Under the pieces are notes generated by a model. It saw nothing but the letters and a program-made list of their open reading frames with translations, made no database searches and was not told where the DNA came from. This document shows, in pieces, positions 1-9,749 of a stretch of 60,361 nucleotides of DNA. This stretch comes from Macrostomum lignano (taxonomy: Eukaryota). The translations under genes and the position numbers were made by a program. Position 1 is the first letter of the stretch; every line of letters starts with the position of its first letter. The DNA lies in assembly GCA_002269645.1 (NCBI GenBank), contig NIVC01004108.1:1-60361 (forward strand), given 5' to 3'.

Positions 1-330
1 TGTCCTTTTTCAAAATGATACAATTTATACATATGAGGATGTAAAATTCTTTTCCTTCGTCAACACACAATCTTTCGCTTTTTTCTCCAAGACTTCTAAA
101 AGCAGCAGCAACATCCTCTCCTTTTTTGGATTTTAAAGGAACAGCCCACGCGTATCGGTAAAACCATCTAATATGGTTAAGATATATTATATCCTCTTTC
201 GTTCGGCATCGACATTAAATCAGCATACCAAATTTCATTCTTTTTGAAGTTCATGATTTTTCTATAAAATTTAGGTTTTCGATATTCTTTATGAAGAATC
301 TTTGCCTCATCAGAACTTAACCACCACTTA
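1..330 (-). CDS. Retroviral-like (rve, DDE) integrase of Polinton type, N-terminal part, frameshifted, runs off the window
   Basis: Manual minus-strand translation across 1-nt frameshifts: AKILHKEYRKPKFYRK..EIWYADLMSM..GY..ILTILDGFTRYAWAVPLKSKKGEDVAAAF..LCVDEGKEFY; first two catalytic Asp (WxADL, xDxGKEF) visible. Confidence 0.9.
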
Positions 331-1130
331 AAGTAAAACACTCACACAATTATTTCCATGTTGATTATAATTAATTCCCAAACCAAATTTAACTTTAGAC
401 TGCAAGATCTTTTTAACCATCCACTAGTTAATTTTGACCTACCGATAATCCCTGCAAGTTATCTAATCCTTGAATCATTTTTTTGATCGGCTTCATGTTT
501 TAATCTTAATGCTTCCTCGGCGTGGTTCTTGTCAGCATCTCTATATGCTAAGTCGTGATAGTATGCTAACCAATCAATCCCATTTATTGGAATTGAATCA
601 GATTTTGGGTGTCATCAGGATTTAATCTCAAATCTAAGCGAGTGCCGGGTAGTTTACCCTCAATCTTTCGAAAGAGGCTGGAGCACACCTTAAGCGGCGA
701 TAATTACCGCCCATCTCCGTCTGCTCTCTGAACCTTCTCCTTATATTTAAAATACTTAGGAGCTTGGCTGCGCATTGCCACCGTGTCTTCAAGCTTTTTA
801 CCTTTGGGAAGAGGAGTTACCTCTGTTCCTTCAAAAGATTTCTCAATTGAAGTGGTACTTGAAGCTGTATGACGGGTTTCACGCAATTTGGAGATGTCGC
901 CACAAATAGTGACTAGCAAGGACATTGCCTTCCTCACTCAGGCCACGGGTTAACCTGTGAAGTTCATTGATGGTAGGTGTAGTTCCCTGTATATTTACCA
1001 GTAGTAAAGATTGGTGGTAAGCTTGTTAATCCTTTTTGAACATCTAAAATCCTCCTTCAAATACTATTTGATCGTTCGAAGGAACGCGAACTTCGTTCGG
1101 TTGCTCATTTTTAATAGCCTTAAAATACAT
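328..1130 (-). CDS. PLA2X: parvovirus VP1u-like phospholipase A2 domain protein, split by a group I intron (650-952) and with 1-nt frameshifts
   Basis: Manual reconstruction: MYFKAIK..FEGGF/LDVQKGLTSLPP..G/ELHLPSMNFTG | PGTRLDLRLNPDDT/PKSDSIPINGIDWLAYYHDLAYRDAD..KHEADQKMI..KVKFGLG; matches the parvoviral PLA2 GPG Ca-binding loop and HDxxY catalytic motif. Confidence 0.85.
650..952 (-). ncRNA. Group I self-splicing intron, IC1-like, 303 nt, no internal homing endonuclease
   Basis: P/Q/R/S core: AAATTGCGTGAAA (889-877), AATGCGCAGC (776-767), GTTCAGAGAGCAGA (733-720), AAGGTGTGCTCC (691-680). P3 CATCTCC/GGAGATG; P7 G(A)GAGCA/TGCTCC; P1 exon CAGGT/IGS GCCTG with U.G at the splice site; P5abc with GAAA loop and A-rich bulge; P6a CTCCT/AGGAG; P8 GGCGGT/ATCGCC; P9 GAAA loop. 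Removal restores the reading frame. Confidence 0.9.
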
Positions 1131-1645
1131 GAAAGCACCAATTGTTTTGCAAATTCTTCAATTGTTGGTTGTTTAACTTTTTTATAGTTATTATCTACGC
1201 TAGTTAAGTATCTTTTATTTCTCCAATTTTCAGACTTTTTAATCTGATCATCGTCTTTGTAATTAAATGAAGAAGCGGGAATGAAATGATCAATATCTAA
1301 CTTTCCAGTATAATTTTTTGGAACATAATAATTTCTTGTGAAATTTAACCAATCAAAAAAGAATTCTTTTGTGCAACCAAGATAGGAGATATAATGTTTG
1401 TCATGAAAATTCTCAATGCCAATTATTTTAGCTCTAATTAGACTAATATTTTTGAATTTTCATCAGTGCGATATTTATTTTTGCATATTTATTACATTTA
1501 TCTTTATTGTTTATTCTCCACATAGTACATTTAACTTTCTCACAAGATCGACAAAGATTTTAAATTTTTTTGTGTCATTTCTCCAACAAAAAAATTCTTT
1601 AGTCATCGGTTTCTCAATTTACACGTAGTACAAATTTTGTTTCAT
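1064..1645 (-). CDS. Free-standing HNH (EndoVII-like) endonuclease with N-terminal CxxC..CxxC zinc finger, frameshifted
   Basis: Manual translation across frameshifts: KICTTCK..EFFCWRNDTKKF..CRSCEK...SYLGCTKEFFFDWLNFTRNYYVPKNYTGKLDIDHFIPASSFNYKDDDQIKKSENWRNKRYLTSVDNNYKK; resembles the large-DNA-virus LGC..E..W / HIDHIIP.SSF / N...L...DN..K family. Confidence 0.75.
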
Positions 1646-1669
1646 TTTTATAAAAAATAAATTTAACAA

Positions 1670-2338
1670 TTAATTAAAAACTACTAGTATGTCCAGCAGC
1701 TTTCGCAGCAGCTAAAACAAGTTTTCGCGGTGTTTTAAATCCTTCTCCAACAGCTGGTTTGTTATTTATAGAATTAACAATCCTTTTATACAAGCTGGTA
1801 TTTTTAAAGCTCTCCTAACTCATCATAAAAAATTCTAGCACTTACTTAATTCATCCCTAGTATATAAATCAGGGTTAAACTTTACCCTAGGGTTCATAAC
1901 AATATTATATGCTCCGCCCAATTCTCTATATAGTTCATTTCGATTTTTATCAACTCCACCAATTCGATAATTATTATTACCTAAATCTGTCGCAGCAATA
2001 CTAGCTGGTACTCTTGGATATTGTTCCCATCCCCCCGCTCTGCACGTCTAATCTCTGCAATCTCAATTGTGCTTGATCAACATCATAAGCAGGCGGCTCA
2101 TCCAAAATTTCATCCTCTTTTGGCTCCGTATTTTTAGCAATTTTTTCCAGAAGATCTTTATCTGTTTTTTCTAGTTCACTAATTTTCCCAGTAATAGGAT
2201 TAACAAAAGGAGCAGCAAATCTTTCACCGCTAATTGTATTCCTAACTTTCTTTTTTGTAAATTTCTAACAAAATCAGAATATCTTTGCTTCTCTTTATAA
2301 ATCGCTAACTCTCCATCAACGTCCATAAATTGACTCAT
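1670..2338 (-). CDS. Hypothetical Polinton protein, frameshifted
   Basis: AAAAAATG start at 2338; broken reading frames with Polinton-like segments (MSQFMDVDGELAIYKEKQ.., YTRDELSK.., KLVLAAAKAAGHT). Boundaries approximate. Confidence 0.45.
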
Positions 2339-2372
2339 TTTTTAACATAAAAAACTTTTTTAACTTAAAAAA

Positions 2373-3838
2373 ATGGCTGAAACAAAAACTATGTGGAGTG
2401 ATAAATTTCATTTCAAAAAGCACCGACAGTATATTAATGAGGTCAGAGCAAAGATTTAAATTATACCCTACCAACAAGTGATAATTCAAATAACTTTACT
2501 ACTGGAACGGTAACTTTTGACATCGGCGCAACCAACACTATATTGGATATGAAAAATGCGTTTTTCCGCGTTAGATGGTTGTATACTAGAAATGATGGAA
2601 CTGCTCTTGCAGCCGGAGATATCGCAGATCGATCCGGAATAATAATAGAAAATGATTGGTTTTATAAATGTTTTTCCCAAGCTCAACTAACTGTTAATGG
2701 TGCTGAGGTTGAGACATCATCAAACCCCGCAGAGATTAATGGAGTTTTGAAACATTTAAATTATACTTATTTATCAAAACAAGTTGGTGATAATGTTGGG
2801 TGGATGCCGGATAAAGGTAACGGCAAGCAGTAGTTTTCCCTAATGTACAAAACGCAGCCGGTGCAGATACTGCAGCGCTAATTGTTTACCTTAATACAAA
2901 CATAGTTCCAGTTGTAACCACTATGACTAATACAAAAGATATTAATACTGGTTTTATAGATCGTCAGAATAAATTCCCAGTCGCGGTTTTAACCACAGCA
3001 ACAGCATATGAGCAGGACTTTTCAATCTTTCCACTATTTGGGTTTTTCTCACCAAATCGGGTATGGAAAGGATTAAAATTTGGGATACAGTTGCAAATAT
3101 CTGGTGGATATCAGCCTAGGATACTTTATGGAACCTCAATTTCAACCGATATAGCAGTTCGTATAGATTCAATTCAATTAGTCGTACCAACTATTGAGGT
3201 AACAGCCCCACTTTTAAAACACATCGATAATCAGTTAACGCATGATCAGGAAATATTTTATTTGAATCGTCGACATTTTATGCGAACCATTAATAATAAC
3301 CAGGATTCATTCCAGTGGCAAATACTGACATCAAAACGTCGGGTGAGATATATTTTTGTTTGGTTTAAGATAACAAATAGAAGGAGTAAAAGAGCAAATG
3401 GGGATTTATATTGGCTTCAATCGGTGCATAGCAGCACAAGCAGCTACCGCAACAGACAACGCGTTGCTGCAATTAACGAGTTTAATGTTCAGAATATCCG
3501 CCTGCAGGTTGATGATCAATATTATCCGGTTAAAGACCCCTAATTTAAATATAGCAAATAATAATGTTAATGATTTTATAAAATATTATCAAGATTATGC
3601 CAAAAATGAAGCGTATGCCGTCCCTCAGTACACACCCACAGAGTTTCTAAACATTCATCCAGTGGTTGTTTATGATCTAACGGCACAGAAAGAAAACGTA
3701 GCCAATATTGGACTTAATTATATGTTAGAGATTAATAAAACCGGTAATCAGGCACTTGACGCCCACGTATTGTTTCTAGAGGAATATATGTCAATTGCTA
3801 AAGCTGATGGCACGATTGTTCGGGACGCACCATTGTAA
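2373..3838 (+). CDS. Major capsid protein (double jelly-roll), broken by several 1-nt frameshifts
   Basis: ATG at 2373 plus ORFs 2543-2833, 2923-3543 and 3398-3838 join into ~480 aa; motifs FSQAQLTVNGAEVE, RRVRYIFVWF, NIRLQVDDQYYP, VVVYDLTAQKE are Polinton MCP-like; adjacent to ATPase and penton. Confidence 0.8.
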
Positions 3839-3889
3839 AATGAGTGCAGGTCTCCGACCGTCGCGCCTATTTAAATTATTTCTTTAAAA

Positions 3890-4715
3890 ATGGTAAAGGC
3901 AAAACACAATAAATATTTCCAAATGATCCTTTTCTTTGTTTAGTAATCGGAGGATCAGGTAAAGGAAAAACACACTTTGTTTACGATTTATTAACAACAG
4001 ATGGAATGTTAGACTATAATAATTTAATAATTTATACTAATAAACCTAGAATAAAATATTATGAATTTCTTAAACATGGATTAAAAAACAAATTAAAAAA
4101 AGATGTCTTGTTTAGAATGTTAAGAGCATATGAGCAATATGAGGATGATGACGAACCGCGATTTAATCTAGCAGACATTGAGGATTTATGTAAAACAATG
4201 GCACAACAGCCAGAAAACATCACGATCGCCCCGAAGGGTCGCGACTTCGTCGATCGAGCCCCAACTGTTAGAGTATCAACCCGATTAGCCTATGATCAAA
4301 TTCCAAAACATGATAAAACACTAATTATTTTTGATGATTGTATTAATGACGGTGATCAAGAATTGCAAAAGGAAATTTTTGTTAGTGGTAGAGGAGATGG
4401 AATTGGAGCTTTTTATCTTACTCAATCCTTTAGAGAATTAGAATCGATTATAAAAAGAATGCTAGCTGTTGTGTAATGTTTGATTTAGATAACTATGATC
4501 TACAAAATATTCACGCTAGATTTAATCCCGGATTGGATGCAAAACCATTTAAAAGTATGTGTAAAAAAATTTGGGATGATAGCCAATACAAACATATTTA
4601 TATCAATCCGAGGTTAGAAAGGAAACATAGAATTTTAACAAATTTGATAAAAGAAGACGATGAGGAAGAAGAGGATCGTAGCACGCGACCTCGTACGATT
4701 AATTTCCCACTATAA
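3890..4715 (+). CDS. Genome packaging ATPase (FtsK/A32-like), frameshifted
   Basis: Walker A IGGSGKGKT (~3946-3972), Walker B LIIFDD, FYLTQSF motif; joins ORFs 4006-4476 and 4476-4715. Confidence 0.9.
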
Positions 4716-4717
4716 AA

Positions 4718-5568
4718 ATGACTACAAATTTAGATACTATAAAACAATTGGTAGATCGAACTAATTCAAAATTTAGTACAACATTACAGTTTATAATGAC
4801 AACCAGCGAGCAACGGATTCAATTGCGCGATCCATTACAACTTGATCAAAGCCTAAGTTATCAAATAGGTTTAATTCTATTTTCGGTTTTCAACATGCCT
4901 CAATTAATTAATGCAACAAATAATCAATTTAGATATTCTAAAGATTCCGGAGCCAATTGGACAACATTTAGCGTTAACCCAGGAGCGTATAGCTATACTG
5001 ATTTGAATGCTTATATAGAAGGAGAATTAACAACTAATGGTGATTGGGTAGCAGGAGCAATTGTTATAGGTGTTGATTTACCGTCTGGCAGATTCACACT
5101 ATCACTAGGATCCGGATATCAGGTTGATTTCACAATTGCAAATTCACTCAGAACCATACTTGGATTTAATTCCCGAATAGTTACCACATCAAGCACCGGT
5201 GATACAGTGGGAAATATTGAGGGGGAGTAATACAATTAATATAACAACCGACATATCAAACGGCGTTATATAACAGATAATAATGGAGTTTTGGTTCAAC
5301 GTGGAATTATTTATTCAATCCCATTTCTTGCTGTTCCAATTGGAGAGAAAATGATTGTTGCACCCAAACCCCAATATATTATCCTTTAAATCAATATAGC
5401 GTTCAATCAATTTATATTAGGATTGTAGATGAAAGCGATAGATTAATAAGTTTTGGTGGGCAGTCAATAACAATAATTTTACGTATAAAACAGGTTTATC
5501 GTAACGCGTGCTCACGATCGAACGAAGGTTCGCGGACTTTGTCCGTTTCCTATAGTAAAAATGGGTAA
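4718..5568 (+). CDS. Minor capsid (penton-like, single jelly-roll) protein, frameshifted
   Basis: LRDPLQLDQSLSYQIGL..FSVFNMP..INATNNQFRY N-terminus; continues after frameshifts with VNTINITTDI..GIIYSIP..IYIRIVDESDRLISFGGQSITIILRIK, typical of Polinton penton C-termini. Confidence 0.8.
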
Positions 5569-5767
5569 TCGAACAACATGTTCGCGTGCAAAGCACGATA
5601 ATAATAATTTAATAAAAAAACAATCAGAAAAAGTTAAAAAAGCTGAAGATAATTACGAACTAGAACTAGCAAAATTAAGGCAGTTACAAGCTGATAAAAT
5701 AAGAAAGGAATTGTTAAAACCCACACCTACGAAACTAACTAAAACCAAGAGTTTTTCAGGAACATAA
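5561..5767 (+). CDS. Small basic coiled-coil hypothetical protein
   Basis: 68-aa ORF with AAAAATG start, packed between penton and protease. Confidence 0.4.
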   Translation: MGNRTTCSRAKHDNNNLIKKQSEKVKKAEDNYELELAKLRQLQADKIRKELLKPTPTKLTKTKSFSGT

Positions 5768-5768
5768 A

Positions 5769-6166
5769 ATGACCATGACGTGGGATGATTTTAAACAAAG
5801 ATATGGAACAGACACAACAAGCAATATCGAATTAACAAATTGGGCGAGGCAGTTAAAAATAAAACCATTCAGATGTGTTATGCGGGATGAGATAAAAGAC
5901 TTACCAAGATATGGATCTTTCATTGTTAATATTGAAACAACAAAAGAAAATGGTGTTCATTGGTCAGCAGTTTATTCAAAACCAAAACTTGTTTATTTTT
6001 TTGATTCATACGCGCTTCCTCCGTTACAGGAAATAAAAGACAAATTTAATCATACTAAAAATCGTTTATGTGGAGATCATCACGAACAGTTTCAAACTTT
6101 GATAAAAGTTATTGCGGCAAGCGGCGTTGTATTTTTTATATCGACTTTCGAATGAAGCTCGTGTAA
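5769..6166 (+). CDS. Adenain-like cysteine protease (virion maturation), one frameshift near 6100
   Basis: IVNIET..NGVHWSAV (His), YFFDSYA (Asp), and in the shifted frame QFQT/DKSYCG (Gln, Cys). Confidence 0.88.
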
Positions 6167-6213
6167 ACCCCGAAGTATTTAGATTTTAGACTCTATAAAA
6201 TAGACAGTAAAAA

Positions 6214-8190
6214 ATGTTATTTTCTGGAACACCCTCATGGAACGGAACATCAAGTACTGGTGGTGGTACTTCTGGTGGAATAAGTGTTACATTCGGAGAT
6301 AACCGATATATTAATGAAGATGAAGGTTATAAAAAAAGTGAAGTTGATACTAAACTAAATTTAAAAAGAAATGTTGCAGATTCCTATACCAAAACTCAAA
6401 TAGATAATTCCCTAAATTTAAAACGGAACGTAGCCGATTCATATACAAAAACAGAGGTTGACAATGGGTTAAATTTAAAAAGAGATATAACTGATTCTTA
6501 TTCTCGAACTCAAATAGATGATTCATTAAATTTAAAACGCAATACGGCCGATTCTTATACCAAAACTGAAGTTGATAATTCCCTAAATTTAAAAAGAGAT
6601 ATAACTGATTCCTATACCAAAACTGAAGTTGATAATTCCCTAAATTTAAAAAGAGATATAACTGATTCCTATACCAAAACCGAAGTTGATAATTCCCTAA
6701 ATTTAAAAAGAGATATAACTGATTCTTATAGCAAAACTGAAGTTGATAATTCCTTAAATTTAAAAAGAGATATAACTGATTCCTATACCAAAACGGAGGT
6801 TGATAATTTAGTTGGAGGTGGAGCCTTAAAGCAGGATCGATTCCAAACGGTTGAAACTGGTCACATACCTACCATGGCAGATTGGAGTGGAAATGGTTTT
6901 GCAATAACCGCAAGCACTGCATTTAATACAACTGATTTTGCAAGTTGGAAAGCGTTTGATGGTAATGATTCAACAGATTGGGCAACAAATAATACTCAAA
7001 CCGATTATTGGATTCAGGTTCAATGCCCTTCCGCAATAATGTGTTATAAAATTGATTTACGTGGTAGGCCATCACCTTCAACCGAGCATCCAGCATCATG
7101 GCGATTTGAGGGAAGTAATGACAATACAAGTTGGGACGTATTAATACCTGTGGATAGTTCTGTAGCAATAAATAACTCAACTCAAACAATTAATGTCACA
7201 CAAAATTTTGATAAAACATATTCATATTTCAGATTGTTCTGTCTTACATCAACCTCGGGTTCAACCAACCCGGGTCTGTCAACCTTCCAGATTTATAGAC
7301 AGACGTTTACAATTCTTGATTTAAATTTGGGAGTGGTTAATCAATCAATTGATATGGGAGGTAATACAATTACTAATATCTCTACTATAAACAATAACAG
7401 TTCTGTTGTTACTAAAGGTTATGTTGATACGCGAGTAACACAAACGGCGGATGGCCGAATGTCTTTTAACGATAAAATAAAATTGGATGGAATACCTGCA
7501 ATCGATGCCGCTTTGTACGAGCCTGTAATTTGCAATTGGACTGGATATCAAAACCCAACCACCGCCGGCGATATTTTTCCAACAGGAAGTTTTGTTGGAG
7601 ATGCTTCTTATATAGATTATCAAAATGGTGCTAGAATTACTGATGAAGCATCGGGTCGGTCTGGAGCGTTGCAATTTAATTTCACCCATTTTCGTAATAT
7701 CTCCGCCTCCTTCTATTTCCGAGTTGCTAATGCTACAGGAAGTGGTGCTGATGCGGTTTGGTTTTATGCATATTGTCACGAACGTCCAACAAGTGAATTT
7801 GGATCCGGGTTAACAACCCGCGCCGGCTTGATTGTGTTTGCGAGTGAATGGCATGATAGAGTTGGGGTTGTTTGGAGCAATATAAAATCAGACGGTGCAA
7901 CAGCTCGTAATGATGTTCTTAATGACGCAGATCAAACTATAACCTATGCTAATATTGATAACGGCGATTGGCATCTTTTTGAAATTAATATTTTAAATCA
8001 AAGAGTTTGGTATCAAATAAGCACATACAATGTATCAGCTAATACATATACGCTAATTGGTCAAAACTTTTTTACATATGATAGTGGAACTTGGGGAGAT
8101 TTAGATAAAACGGGAACTCTTATGGGTTTTGGTGCTCGAACTGGAGGAGCAGATGCCGCACATTTTATTCGTGGCAGCCGTTTGTGGTAG
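6214..8190 (+). CDS. Fiber/receptor-binding-like protein: 19-aa repeat shaft, F5/8-C (discoidin)-like domain, neck motif, L-type lectin-like head
   Basis: Intact 658-aa ORF; repeats YTKTEVDNSLNLKRDITDS; ASTAF..WKAFDG..W....YWIQV..P.SWRFEGSND (discoidin-like); IDMGGNTITN..VVTKGYVD (fiber neck-like); GDASY..A.IT..SG.SGA..F..GSGAD..WF (legume lectin-like). Confidence 0.7.
   Translation: MLFSGTPSWNGTSSTGGGTSGGISVTFGDNRYINEDEGYKKSEVDTKLNLKRNVADSYTKTQIDNSLNLKRNVADSYTKTEVDNGLNLKRDITDSYSRTQIDDSLNLKRNTADSYTKTEVDNSLNLKRDITDSYTKTEVDNSLNLKRDITDSYTKTEVDNSLNLKRDITDSYSKTEVDNSLNLKRDITDSYTKTEVDNLVGGGALKQDRFQTVETGHIPTMADWSGNGFAITASTAFNTTDFASWKAFDGNDSTDWATNNTQTDYWIQVQCPSAIMCYKIDLRGRPSPSTEHPASWRFEGSNDNTSWDVLIPVDSSVAINNSTQTINVTQNFDKTYSYFRLFCLTSTSGSTNPGLSTFQIYRQTFTILDLNLGVVNQSIDMGGNTITNISTINNNSSVVTKGYVDTRVTQTADGRMSFNDKIKLDGIPAIDAALYEPVICNWTGYQNPTTAGDIFPTGSFVGDASYIDYQNGARITDEASGRSGALQFNFTHFRNISASFYFRVANATGSGADAVWFYAYCHERPTSEFGSGLTTRAGLIVFASEWHDRVGVVWSNIKSDGATARNDVLNDADQTITYANIDNGDWHLFEINILNQRVWYQISTYNVSANTYTLIGQNFFTYDSGTWGDLDKTGTLMGFGARTGGADAAHFIRGSRLW
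6328..6810 (+). repeat. 57-bp coding tandem repeat (8 full units plus a partial) in the fiber shaft
   Basis: Directly visible in DNA and protein. Confidence 0.95.
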
Positions 8191-8272
8191 CACATCAGCA
8201 GGATATGATTTTGCTGCGACCGCATATTTGGAACGGCCACAAACCGAAATAACTTAAATATTTATATATAAA

Positions 8273-8599
8273 ATGGCTTTTAGTAGAACTCCATCGATGC
8301 GGCAAAATAATGTTATTATTCCTATTCCTAAACAAGAATCAAATATAAAAACATTCAAATCTCATACCAAATTTTTATTTAGTACTGTAAATGTTCAGGA
8401 TAATAAGAAGCTTCAAGAATTAATTAAGTTATTAAAAAATCATATTATACTTCAAGAGTTTTGGAAAATAGGATTTAAATGGGAGAAAAAAGAAAGAATA
8501 ACTCCAATACAATACCTATTGAGCTCGGGACAAATCCCCAAAGAGCGCGGGGAATTCATTTTGGTGCTATTAAAAATAGACGAGAATGTCGGTATCTGA
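8273..8599 (+). CDS. Hypothetical protein
   Basis: 108-aa ORF, TATATAAAATG start. Confidence 0.55.
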   Translation: MAFSRTPSMRQNNVIIPIPKQESNIKTFKSHTKFLFSTVNVQDNKKLQELIKLLKNHIILQEFWKIGFKWEKKERITPIQYLLSSGQIPKERGEFILVLLKIDENVGI

Positions 8600-9242
8600 A
8601 GCAGATAAATGGGAACGCGACCGGTTCAACCAACGTAAAGGCCAGATGTTGAGTAATGTTGATCGAATAAATTATGATTATGATTTATATGCTAAAAAAG
8701 TAAGAAGAGTTTCAAACCATATAAGAAATATGGACTTTTTCAATATTGGATTTGGAAGCTTATCAATGTTATGTGTAATCGTTTTAGGTATTTTACAATC
8801 TATTCCAACTCTTAATTTATCTCAATTATTTTTAGGTATTTCAATTGGCTCAATATCAGGTTTTGAATTGATCAGGAACTTATCAATACTTTTAGCAATT
8901 AAATTATATCTTAAAAAAAGAAAGGAAAAATATAAATCTTTAAGAGATGTTGCAAAACAATATAAAAATCAATTATATTTATATGTGCAAAAAATATTGG
9001 ATGACGGAGAGATAACGATTCATGAATTATCAACCGCGGTTGAATTATATGAAAAATATTTAAAAGATAGAAATAGAATTTTAGATGTTGAAACTTTTAC
9101 CGATATGGAATTAAAAGAGTTGAGACTCGATAAACCCAAAGCTCCACCTATAGAAACATTAGGCATTTACGAACCTGAAACTATTGCTACTGGGGCACAA
9201 AGCCCGCGGTCAGGAAGTGCGGTAGAACTTCAGGTTGTTTAA
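8586..9242 (+). CDS. Putative membrane protein (hydrophobic hairpin followed by helical KILDDGEITIHE segment)
   Basis: 218-aa ORF with hydrophobic IGFGSLSMLCVIVLGIL..LFLGISIGSISGFELI; resembles a conserved Polinton accessory family (from recall). Confidence 0.6.
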   Translation: MSVSEADKWERDRFNQRKGQMLSNVDRINYDYDLYAKKVRRVSNHIRNMDFFNIGFGSLSMLCVIVLGILQSIPTLNLSQLFLGISIGSISGFELIRNLSILLAIKLYLKKRKEKYKSLRDVAKQYKNQLYLYVQKILDDGEITIHELSTAVELYEKYLKDRNRILDVETFTDMELKELRLDKPKAPPIETLGIYEPETIATGAQSPRSGSAVELQVV

Positions 9243-9722
9243 TTTATTTAATGCATATGTTATATATTCTTCCCAAAGTGGTAACTCTCTTCTGATTCTA
9301 GGTTTAAATTTTTTATCAATACATAAAAATTCCAATGACTTTTTCAGTAACATTTCGTTAGGTATGTTACCTATCCTTATAAACTTTGTATTCTCTCGAA
9401 TAAGAAAATTGAAATAATATCCAACTAAAATTAAAATCCTTTCAGAGTCTTTCGAACTTAATCCCTTTCCTTTATTTAAATGGAAAAAGTTATTATATAA
9501 ATAAACATTATTTCCGGGAATTAAAATTGGATCAGAAATGTCTCTTGTAAGATTTCTTAAAATTGTATTTTTAAAATAGTAATATGAGTTTTCAATCTTT
9601 TTTGTTTTTTCAAATTGATATATTTTAGAACATGAATAACACATATGATATATATCTCCGTTTGCTGTTTGCCCTCTGTGCATAGTCACATTACATTTAT
9701 TACAAACATAAATGTCTTTCAT
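9210..9722 (-). CDS. Hypothetical protein with N-terminal CxxC..CxxC zinc ribbon
   Basis: 170-aa ORF: CNKC..CYSC; A-rich ATG context. Confidence 0.55.
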   Translation of the reverse strand: MKDIYVCNKCNVTMHRGQTANGDIYHMCYSCSKIYQFEKTKKIENSYYYFKNTILRNLTRDISDPILIPGNNVYLYNNFFHLNKGKGLSSKDSERILILVGYYFNFLIRENTKFIRIGNIPNEMLLKKSLEFLCIDKKFKPRIRRELPLWEEYITYALNKLNNLKFYRTS

Positions 9723-9749
9723 TTTTTTTGTTATTTTTTTAGATTAAAA

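Noticed and set aside
704-937. 77-aa ORF as a real gene or intron-encoded endonuclease
   Set aside because: It runs across the ribozyme core (P3-P8), has no LAGLIDADG/GIY-YIG/HNH/His-Cys motif and is too short.
650-952. piggyBac-like MITE (TTAA-CCC...GGG-TAAA) or spliceosomal intron as explanation of the insert
   Set aside because: TTAA-based excision does not restore the PLA2 frame; there is no usable GT-AG pair; the group I pairings explain the whole insert.
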